This document shows, piece by piece, positions 43,790 to 53,900 of a stretch of DNA of 64,000 bases. Each line of letters starts with the position of its first letter. Within the stretch, counting starts at the first letter, position 1. The notes under the pieces were generated by a model, which was given only the letters and a program-made list of their open reading frames with translations, did not search any database and had not been told where the DNA came from. Origin of the DNA: Zootoca vivipara (Eukaryota); NCBI RefSeq assembly GCF_963506605.1, contig NC_083278.1:51584001-51648000 (forward strand), read 5' to 3'. The position numbers and the translations under genes are program-made.

Positions 43790-44900
43790 CTCGCCCGCCC
43801 CTCCTGGCGAAGCAGCTAAGGTGGAGGGAGCGCCGCGTTGGGGACGCGAAGTGCAGCTGCGCGGATGGCGCGCGCCTTCCCCGCCGCCGCCGCCGCCCGA
43901 TCCTGCCCTGCCTATTCGCGGGAGGGGCCTCGTGGAGGAGGAGGGCCTTTAAGCCGGGCGCCCCAACCGCCCAGGCCGGCACTGCAGCTCTGACAACCGC
44001 CGTCGCAGTTCCAGCTCCGCTGCGGCCTGCACGCTCCTCATCCGCCTGGCAACGCTTCGCCTCGCCGCCATGGCCAAGCCTTTGTCGGGGCAGGTGTGCG
44101 TGGTGACGGGCGCCTCTCGGGGCATCGGAAAGGGCATTGCGCTGCAGCTGTCCGGGGCGGGCGCCACCGTGTACATCACGGCTCGGCACCGCGAGGCGCT
44201 GGAGGCGGCGGCGGCGGAGGTGCGGGCCCGCGGAGGGAAGTGCGTGCCGGTGGTGTGCGACTCGTCCCGGGAGGAAGACGTGGTGGCGCTGTTCGAGCGC
44301 GTCCGGCAGGAGCAGGCGGGCCGCCTGGACGTGCTGGTCAACAACGCCTTCTCCGGGGTGGGCGCCATCGTGGAGGAGATCGGGCTGCCCTTCTGGGAGA
44401 GCTCGACGGCCCTGTGGGACCAGATCAACAACGCGGGCCTGCGGGGCCACTACATCTGCACCGTCTACGCCGCCCGGCTGATGGTGCCCGCCGGGAGGGG
44501 GCTCGTCGTTACCATCTCGTCGCCCGGAGGGCTGCGCTACATGTTCGACGTGCCCTACGGGATCGGCAAGGCCGCCTGCGACCGCCTGGCCGCCGACTGC
44601 GCCGTCGAGCTGCGCCCCTTCGGCGTGGCCTCGGTGGCGCTGTGGCCGGGCTTCGTGCGCACCGAGAGCCTGGCGAAGGAAGTGGAGAACAGGACGGGAC
44701 CCATGATAGCCAGGCTGAAGGAGAAGATGGCCTCCATGGGAGAGACCCCCGAAGTGAGCGGGAAGTGCGTGGTGAGCCTGGCGTCGGACCCGCGCGTCAT
44801 GCGCCACAGCGGGAAGGTGCTCCTCAACCCGGATCTCGCCCGCCTTTACGGCTTCAAGGATGTGGACGGCAGGGAAGTCTTCAACTACCTCTCGGTGCGG
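43790..44900 (+). promoter_or_regulatory. CpG island over the promoter and most of the DHRS1-like ORF
   Basis: Abrupt rise in GC and CpG from about 43790; GC boxes, CCG run, TTTAAG about 120 nt upstream of the ATG. Confidence 0.75.
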
Positions 44901-45059
44901 GACATCCTCACGGAGCTGATGCCCAAACTGTCCGGTTTATTCCGCCTCATACCTCGGTTCATCACCATCCCCAAATGGGCTCTAGCTCTCTATTCTAGCA
45001 AGTTTTCTGTTTACCCACCCATCCAGCCGCCTTACCTTAAAACAAAAAAGCAAGCCTAA
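44070..45059 (+). CDS. DHRS1: Intronless DHRS1-like short-chain dehydrogenase/reductase, 329 aa (probable retrogene)
   Basis: Uninterrupted ORF with strong Kozak (gccgccATGG). Motifs TGASRGIG, LDVLVNNA, ISS, YGIGK. DHRS1-typical stretches CVPVVCDSS, GLRGHY, KAACDRLAADCA, SGKCVVSLASDP, PKWALALYSSKF. Confidence 0.93.
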   Translation: MAKPLSGQVCVVTGASRGIGKGIALQLSGAGATVYITARHREALEAAAAEVRARGGKCVPVVCDSSREEDVVALFERVRQEQAGRLDVLVNNAFSGVGAIVEEIGLPFWESSTALWDQINNAGLRGHYICTVYAARLMVPAGRGLVVTISSPGGLRYMFDVPYGIGKAACDRLAADCAVELRPFGVASVALWPGFVRTESLAKEVENRTGPMIARLKEKMASMGETPEVSGKCVVSLASDPRVMRHSGKVLLNPDLARLYGFKDVDGREVFNYLSVRDILTELMPKLSGLFRLIPRFITIPKWALALYSSKFSVYPPIQPPYLKTKKQA

Positions 45060-45811
45060 GAGGTATATTGTGCAGCGTTACAGCTATGCCTTTAACCTCC
45101 GATTGCTCAAAACTTCATTTTGACACTTCCTTGGCTGGTGCATTAATTATTCTGTTATTACAGGTGTTTGCAATGGAAAACACTTTCAAGCTTGAATGAG
45201 AAATCATTTTAAGACAGTTTTCCATTTGCCTCTTAAAAGGGCTGATTTCTGCAATATCTTCTGTGCTTGCTAGAAAGCTGTTAACGATTTCTTTACAGTT
45301 CTGTGCAGTATTCAGTTATAAGCCCAAGTCTGGCACTTTGGGGGTGCATCTTTAATCATTCCTGTATTTCAGATGTGACAGAAGTAGCTGAAACAAGCTA
45401 CTCGGCAATTAAATGCATTTGCTCTGAGAGACTTTGTCATAGCTGGCAATACTTTGCCCCCACTTTTTTGCCCCTGTGAAACGCACCATTCCCACCCACC
45501 CCTAAATTCTCTACATGGGGCCTGGTGATATCACTGCATCTTTATCAAAGAGCAAACACTGTTTTAGATCTGGAAGATCATCCCACTGCACGAAGGGAGG
45601 ATAGTTTGGCACTTTGGGAAAATGAACAAACGGCTCAGGTAATTCAGATAGTACACACCCTTTGTTTTGCTCTAATATATGTATTGGTACGGGTTAAAAA
45701 AAAACCTTTGCAACGTCTTAAGCTCCATTTCAAAAGATGTGTGAAATTCTAAAAAGGCATATCTAGGCTTCTTGAGAAAAAAGATGTTCCCTGGAACAGA
45801 CAAAGGTGAAG

Positions 45812-45966
45812 CATTCTTAACTAGAGGTGAGGAATCTTTTTTCAACTGGTGGGCCACATTCCCTTTTGGACAACTTTCTGAGGGCTACAGGTAAAGGTGG
45901 GCAGAGCAGTCAATATAAATTTAACTTGGACATTAATTTTTGCCTTTTACCCGTGTCCTCAATCCA
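45812..45966 (+). repeat. Right copy of the direct repeat flanking the DHRS1-like gene
   Basis: Aligns with 42551-42719. Confidence 0.8.
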
Positions 45967-46923
45967 GACAAGCATGAGCACATCATCAGAGTTCAAGGGC
46001 ATATTCCAGCCATGCAAATACAAAGTTTCCACACACTTTTGTCATACACTTACTCCACCTCAGTTCTACTCTTTGCTTTTCATAGGAAAGGGGCTAAGGT
46101 GTATCAGCATTTTTATGCCTCAAACTTTTGAGGGTCTGCTGTGTTACTTGGAGAGATGAAGGAACAGAGAGGTGCGTTTGTTGGGGAAACTGGTCCCCAA
46201 GAACACTTTTTGCCCCTGCAAAGGTCCCCCTATTAAGTGCCATTGAAACCAGTATGACTTTCATTTTAAGCTCCGTTACTACACACTTCCATTACATGCA
46301 CCCTAAAGGGCCCATTAGGAAAATAAAAATAAAAGCAACTTCAGGTAGAAGTCATTTTAATAGTGGTGAGAAACAAAACCTTCCCCACTCACCTTTCTTT
46401 ATCTAGATTGTGTGTGCCCTCTTCTCTCCCCCACCCCTTGTTTTTCGGGTGGCGATAGGTTGCAACAATAAAAGTAAGTTACATCTAATCTCTCCAAACT
46501 ACTTTTGAAAATGATAAAAGCTTCACTAACTAGTAGACATGACACAGATGCTGTGGATTTTACTCTCCCTCTATCTCTGATTGATGCTGAGAAACTGCTT
46601 CCAATGAAAGCCTGTATACATCCAGGTTTGGTTTTGTAATAACTGCAATAGCAAAAAATGTTATGACATTCGTATCCTATCTGGAGAACCAATACTGATA
46701 AAACGAGTTAATATAAATCTCCTTTCATAATCCCCCTTGCTTGGCCTGCCAAGGCACTGACAAACTGTCAAGTTTGGGGAAGAAAGCAAGTGACTAAAAC
46801 TATCCCTTACCAACTGCCAAGCTGGTTAATGCTTCACAATGATGCTATATGTACCCTACAGAGGTGGCTTTGGCCAGTTTTTGAACATTTGCTTCCAGCG
46901 TTTTGCTGTGCAACACTCTATAC

Positions 46924-47059
46924 CAGACATCCCCAAACTGCGGCCCTCCAGATGTTTTGGCCTACAACTCCCATGATCCCTAGCTAGCAGGGCCAATGGT
47001 CAGGGAAGATGGGAATTGTAGTCCAAAACATCTGGAGGGCCGAAGTTTGGGGGTGCCTG
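46924..47059. mobile_element. ~135-bp hAT-type MITE
   Basis: TIRs, TSD ctctatac. Confidence 0.9.
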
Positions 47060-47896
47060 CTCTATACCAAACACTGTTGGAAGTTGTGTAATTCATGCCT
47101 GACATCATCACCTGCTTAGAAACTCCTTTGTATTAGCACTTACAACAGCAGCTGACTTGGAAAATGCAGAGGGATGGTGACAAGCAAATTTAAGCCAGCC
47201 TTGGGCCTTCTAGCACTGCCATGCTGTTGCTGTCTCCCTCCAAGAGAAGGGAGAGAGGGCTTGCATGTTGATCAGTGTCCATCAAAGAACAAATCTGGTA
47301 AATTTAAGTACAGACAGCTGGGATACAAAAGGCTCAAGCGGTACAGCCTAAATGCTTATAGGCACATGTGTTAACCAGCATGTGCAAACAATAAAACATT
47401 TTAAGACACAGATGGGAAGTCATGGCCCTCCAGCTGTCATCCCATCAACTTCAGCCAGCATGACCAGTGATTTAGGGAAGTTGTCGTTCATTAACATCTT
47501 GATAATCACAGGTTTCTTCTTCCTGCTCCAAAGGTGACTAAAGAGGCATTACTTAATCTCCTGTAGATTATCCCCATTTAATTATGGCTTTATTACAGCT
47601 TAAACCTGCAGTTGACAAGATGTTCTCAAGTGTTTACTTGAATTAGAATTAGAGATGCAATCCTGAACAATTCCACCCAGACCAGTAATACAAGTTCTAC
47701 CCAGTCTTGAGTGGGATGCCAGATTATGTTGCAATGATTTTAATAGAATGTCTATGTCAGACATATGCAACTTGGTTAAACATTCCAAAGAAAATCAATC
47801 ACCCATTTCCACCACCCTTCTGAGTGATCCCCCCTCCCCATCCCCACCCCTCCCCACCCCTTCTCTACATAAGTGCCTGGAAACTTCCATTTCACT

Positions 47897-47934
47897 GTAT
47901 CTGAAGAAGTGTGCATGCACACGAAAGCTCATAC
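47897..47934 (+). ncRNA. Minimal hammerhead-ribozyme motif in a Penelope-like fragment (~47870-47980)
   Basis: GTAT-CTGAAGA-A-GTGTGCATGCACAC-GAAAGCTC-ATAC: 4-bp stem I, palindromic stem II, AGCT in place of stem III. Confidence 0.65.
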
Positions 47935-48723
47935 CAAAATAAAAACTTAGTTGGTCTTTAAGGTGCTACTGAAGGAATTTTTTTATTTTATTCCAAAGAA
48001 AAGTACTTCAGGTCTTGTAGCTTGGCTTGTTAAATCCCTGCACTTTTTGTTCTTGTCTGAAGTGCCTTGGAAAACTAAACACACTGTGCACCCAAGTGAG
48101 TTGAGGAGTTGTAGGAATACTGGCTGCATCAACATGTTGACACCAACTTTTCAGCTGCCCTGTGATCTTACAGCCCTTGACAGTCTTACTCTGCTTGCCT
48201 AGGTACTTACAGGATCCTATAATACCAGAGGTAAAATGTGCATTTAAGGGAAGTGAGGCAGCTGTAATTCAAGCCAAAGTAAACGTTCTGTTGTGAGGGA
48301 TCCCACTAAGCCAAAAAATCCATTCTTTTCCTTTATTCCTTTTGAGGATTTCCTGCTGTACCCCTCTAGTATAAGGGCTGAGTTAGCCAATTTAGAATAT
48401 GTCAGGTATAAGATACTGTAGTATGTGCCACACTTTGGCTGATTCTGTATTAGCACATAAATATTTTTTCTCTCTGAAACACTGAAAAGAGCAGCACAGT
48501 ATTGTTGCCTTTTATAAATATTTAAAAATAGTTTGCTATATTGACTTGGTAATTTAGGAGTGCACCTTTCTTCAATCTGGTATAACAAATCACAGGTCAA
48601 TAAGTCATTTCCCCCAACATTTATTTTTAAGTCCTTAAAAAGTATATGTACATTGTTCAAGAAGCTGTGAATGCACCAGAATCTCTCCTGCAACTTTCTT
48701 GATATTCTTCGGGATTCATAATT

Positions 48724-50935
48724 TCAAGAAATCCGCTGAGCCACGAAGCGCTGAGAAGCCTGCCTACGAGTCTTAAGAGGAAGACAAACAAGAGTTAGCG
48801 TTGCCACTTTTACTTACACCACAGTAGATCACTAAGATATTTAATCAGATGGGCTCTTATCTGTAATACTCACAACTTTTTCCTCTGCTGACAGTACACC
48901 GTCTATGGCCACGAGCTGATACTGTTTATGTTTTAAGCTGCCCACATATCTTCGAAGCAATCTGAGACTGTTCCCATCTATGCCTTTTAAGAGTTTTTGC
49001 ATCTCTTGTGAGGGGCAACCTGGATCGAACATCAGTAGGCACAGAGTTTTGTTCTTCCTTTCTTCTATTCCAATAATAGTACGACTATGACCTTTTTTTA
49101 AAAAAAAAACACACACACCAAAACACACCCATCAAGTATACATTTCTGCTGAACACACAGTCTACAAACCCTTAAAGCAAAATCCCAAATTCTGCTGTAC
49201 AGAATTGCAATATATAACTTAATGCTTACATAGATAATTGTAATTGTTATAAAAACAAACTACTCGTATAAATGTCTTTTTCAGGTAAGTTTTATTTTAA
49301 AAATCTACCATTTTCTCTCTGACTTTCAAAGAAGGTTACAAGAAAGGAGATTCCAACTAAACACCAGAAAGTTCTTTCTGGTGTTTAGTTGGAATCTCCT
49401 TTCTTGTAATTTGAATCCATTCGTTCAGGCTAGCAGGGATCAGCAAACTTTTTCAGCAGGGGGCCAGTCAACAGTCCCTCAGACCTTGTGGGGGGCCAGA
49501 CTGTTTTTTTTGGGGGGGGGATGAACGAATTCCTTTGCCCCACAAATAAACCAGAGATGCATTTTAAATAAATGACACATTCTACTCATGTAAAAACATG
49601 CTGATTCCCGGCCCATCCGAGGACTGGATTTAGAAGGCGATTGGGCCGGATCTGGCTCCGGGCCTACCCATGGGCTACAGCCTCCAGAGCAGGAGAAAAC
49701 AAACTTGCTCCATCCTCCATGTGGCAGCCCTTTAAATATTTGAAGCTGGCTATCATATCTCCTTTCAGTCTACCCTTATCCGGGCTAAACATTAACTCCC
49801 TCAACCGTTCCTCATAAGGCTTGGTTTCCAGACTCCTGATCATCTTGGGTACCCCCTGCACACATTCCAGCTTGTAAATATCCTCCTTAAATTGTGGTAT
49901 CCAGAACTGGTCACTGTACTCCTGATGTGGTCTGACCAAGGCAGAATAGAGCACTACTATGACTTCCCTTGATTGGGACACTATAATTTTGTTGATACAG
50001 CATAGAATAGAATTTGCTTTCCCCACCCCCCACTACATCACACTGTTGACTCATGTTAAGCTTGTGGTCTACAATTACAATCTTTTTTGTAAACTACTCT
50101 GAGGTGTGGTTTTTGTTTTTACAACTGAGCAGTGCATAAATTTTATGAAATAAATAATACAATTATATGTGAGAATTAAAGTTAAGAAGACATTCCACTG
50201 CTCTTCCAGGAAGCATAATTCATGCAACAAAAAACTGGACATGGGGACATCAGTAATACATGAGTAACACAGCTTCACGTTTAGAAAAGAGAGAAGTGGA
50301 AAGTTTCGCTGACCTTGGTGCTGAAGGTATATTGGTGGCTTGGGAGTACACACAACCTTTGCACTGTTCTCCTTGTCTGCCGAGTAATAGTTGAAAACCC
50401 ACTCCAACAAACGAGGATGTGTTCCTGCAGGGCCTGTTGGCTGGTGAAAATCAATGACCTGACACCTATAAGAAAGTTTCAATGAAGCCTTTATAAACTG
50501 TTAGTTTACAACAGGCATCCCCAAACTTCAGCCCTCCAGATGTTTTGGACTACAATTCCTATCTTTCCTGACCACTGGTCCTGTTAGCTAGGGATCATGG
50601 GAGTTGTAGGCCAAAACATCTGGAGGGCTGCAGTTTGGGGATTCCTGGTTTACAATGTCAGATAGCATCTTTTGTTTAGTGCATTAGTCACCAAGTTCTA
50701 CCATTGTTATAAATATTTAGCCCCAGCTGGAAGAACAATGGTCACATTTGTGAGTTTGTAGTAGCACATCTTAACTTCAAGTACACAGCTCCCCCTAGTG
50801 TGAGAATGATCTTTTACTTGATACTTTAAAAAAACCCTTCCTGCAATGTTAATCTGGGTTGCTTTCTTCTTCTTTTTACTACCTAATTGTTACCTGCCCT
50901 GATTTGAAACACTAATGAATGGGATATATGTTTTA

Positions 50936-50970
<35 letters not shown>

Positions 50971-53900
50971 ATATAGAGCTTACACCTTTTCTTGGTATGA
51001 AACTCAAGCCATTGAAATGAATGCATGCTACAGCAAGCAATAACTTTGCACCATTTATACTTGGAAGAACTTTGGAAGTAGCAATCTTCTTTTAAAAAGA
51101 GAGTTGCAAAGAAAGATGTAAGGAGGAAGGTCCTAGGCAACTGATTTACCAATTGCCAGCACAATTTTTCCCTTAAGTATTTCATGTTCTTATTCTCCTG
51201 GAAATGCCATCTCTATATAGGACCAGTTCGAACTTGAATTTCTGTGATATTCACATAAAATCACTCTCATAATTGGTGTCATGTGCTCAGAACTAAAACC
51301 TTTTTACTTCCTTTAATAGGCAGCACTTACTTAATCCTGAGAGAAGTTAAGAGTGAATAAATTTCACATGCTCCTATCCATGCCTTAGTTCCATGTAATC
51401 TGCTGTTGAAGTGAGAAGCTCCTTGTGGGTCAAAGCCTTCTTTCCAAGCATCTTCAATCAATGACTGAATTTTTGGAATGCATGGAATTGATGAATTATC
51501 TAAACAACAACAATGGGACAACATTCAAGTTGCAACTATGAAAAGGCAAAACCAAAGTTACGATAGATTTCTAAGTGTCCCAAAGTGGGACAGCCTTTAC
51601 TGTTGGGGAATTACTTCCTCTTGTGTGACAAAAAAGATTTCCAGCAAAAAATGACATCAGTGGAAAGGACTTGAGCCCAAGTAAGACCTAAGAAAGTTAT
51701 GATCTGGACAGGAAAAGGTTCATATTCTGCAGGCTCATTCTCAATCTATAAAATTGAAAAAACTGTCTTGTATCTACCGATACAATTTTTTAACCCATAT
51801 GATGCAGATATTGTAATATACGTCAGCATAGGAACACATTTTTAGCAAGCGCTCAGGCTGGCAAATGTGCCACTGGCAGCACAACTCCATGCAAAAATAC
51901 CCACCTTTCAAGCACTCTTCATAGGTACTGTTTCTCAAGAGGGAAGAAAGCAGCATTTGGAAGTTTCTATAACCGCAGCCCCAACCTCTGTCTCCTAAAG
52001 AACAATGGAAGTGATCTACTCCTGTAGAAAGCCATACACGCTTTATGTCTTTACATTCATTCTGGTAGTACTGGCACAGTACCTCAGTAATTCCTGATTT
52101 TAAAAAGGGGAGACAGGGAGAGAAAGAGACTTAAGTTTATGCAAGACTATTTACTGATGATACCTCAACAACAGTCACACAATTTGCAAGATGCAACCAG
52201 TATGAAAAAAGTAGTAATAATCACTGCCATATTCTACATAACTATACAAAGAGCAGGGAATAAGTACTGTAGTGAATAGTTTAACATGCTGACAGAAGAC
52301 ATGGCTCAAAGCCTGTTCCTCAGCTATAGATTTACTATACTACCCCAGAGTCGGTCACGACTGGACCCAATGGTCAGGGGTCCCTTTACCTTTACCTTTA
52401 TAGGGACCCAGGTGGCGCTGTGGTTAAACCACTGAGCCTAGGGCTTGCTGATCAGAAGGTCGGCGGTTCGAATCCCTGTGACGGGGTGAGCTCCCGTTGC
52501 TCTGTCTCAGCTCCTGCCCACCTAGCAGTTCGAAAGCACGTCAAAATGCAAGTAGATAAATAGGAACCGCTACAGCGGGAAGGTAAACGGCGTTTCCATG
52601 TGCTGCTCTGATTTGCCAGAAGCGGCTTTGTCATGCTGGCCACATGACCTGGAAGCTATACGCTGGCTCCCTCGGTCAATAATGCGAGATGAGCACGCAA
52701 CCCCAGAGTCGGTCACGACTGGACCTAACGGTCAGGGGTCCCTTTACCTTTACCTTTATTAGGCAAGTTGTCTGAGGCCTTATGGTGAATGGAGAGAGAC
52801 TACGGCACATGCAACTAAGAGTGTAAAGTAAGTGACACACAGCACGAGTGAATTTAATGATTATCTCAATTTTGAAGCTAAACCAATGGTTAAAAGGGGG
52901 GAAAATCTGGCAAAAACCACAAGAGTGGCAAGAACAACCGCCTGAATCCAAGAGTAAACATATAATATTGGACACCTGTGATCACCACTGTGCCCTCAGA
53001 CAAGGAAGTTGCAAGTTTGAAGAGCTGTCAAGGCAAACAGCCAGTCACCACCACTGTACAGCTTTATTTAAGCAGAATGTTTCCTTAATGAAGGTGTCAA
53101 ATCATTACAGGAGACTCAGTGTAATATATTAAGATACTGCGAACCAAACAGAAACAAGACAGCATTTGGTAATAATTACTGAGAAAGCTTTATGAAATCA
53201 TTCACCCTTAGCTAGATAGCAAGCCTACCATTTGCACCAGAGAACTGCAGTATGTTTCCTGTTACTATTTACGAAGGTTGGCAAAAACCATGACAACTGC
53301 CAGTTCTCTACTTAGAAATTTGTCATGGTATTTAGAAAAACATTTAGACAATTTATAACCTATTTTTGAATTGTGACTTTAAATCTACCTGCGCACCATT
53401 ACCTTTAATATGGATTGTAGGAATTGCCATCTCCTGTCTAAAGGCCCATACTCTTATTTCTCTGCAGGCAGAAAAAAATTATTTTGCAATCTGCAGCACA
53501 CTTAATGAACAATGGCTTTTGGCAAAATGATTTTTAGACACCTCAGTCAGACCTTTGAAGAAACTCACACATTTTTAATTACTCACCCGAAGTCTTTGTC
53601 TTTCCATCATCAATACCAAAAGCCAGAGATTCCATCATGTCAGCTTTTCTCCTGTGATAGTCAGATGGGGTCATTCTCCCCAAAGCCACTTCCTTTTCCA
53701 TATTTTTAAGTGACTGCTGCTTATATCCTCCAGAGCCATCCAAGCCATATTGCCTCTGTTAAGGATATATCATACTTTTAAGCCTTTAATCAATAAAAAG
53801 TCTTAGCAGTTCCTGGAGAAAGAAGAATTGTTAGTGCATGCAATCCTGCTTCAACCTTGCAGAGAGGAGAGAATGCAAGAGAACCATGGAAGTTGATTCA

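Noticed and set aside
43662-44807. 381-aa antisense ORF and 300-aa alternative-frame ORF over the DHRS1-like gene
   Set aside because: Shadow ORFs expected from very high GC3; no recognisable protein features.
44070-45059. Bacterial horizontal transfer or contamination as origin of the GC-rich intronless SDR
   Set aside because: The protein closely follows vertebrate DHRS1, has a Kozak context and is continuous with lizard repeats.
52403-52480. tRNA-like A/B boxes
   Set aside because: SINE heads, not tRNA genes; they continue into SINE body and tail.
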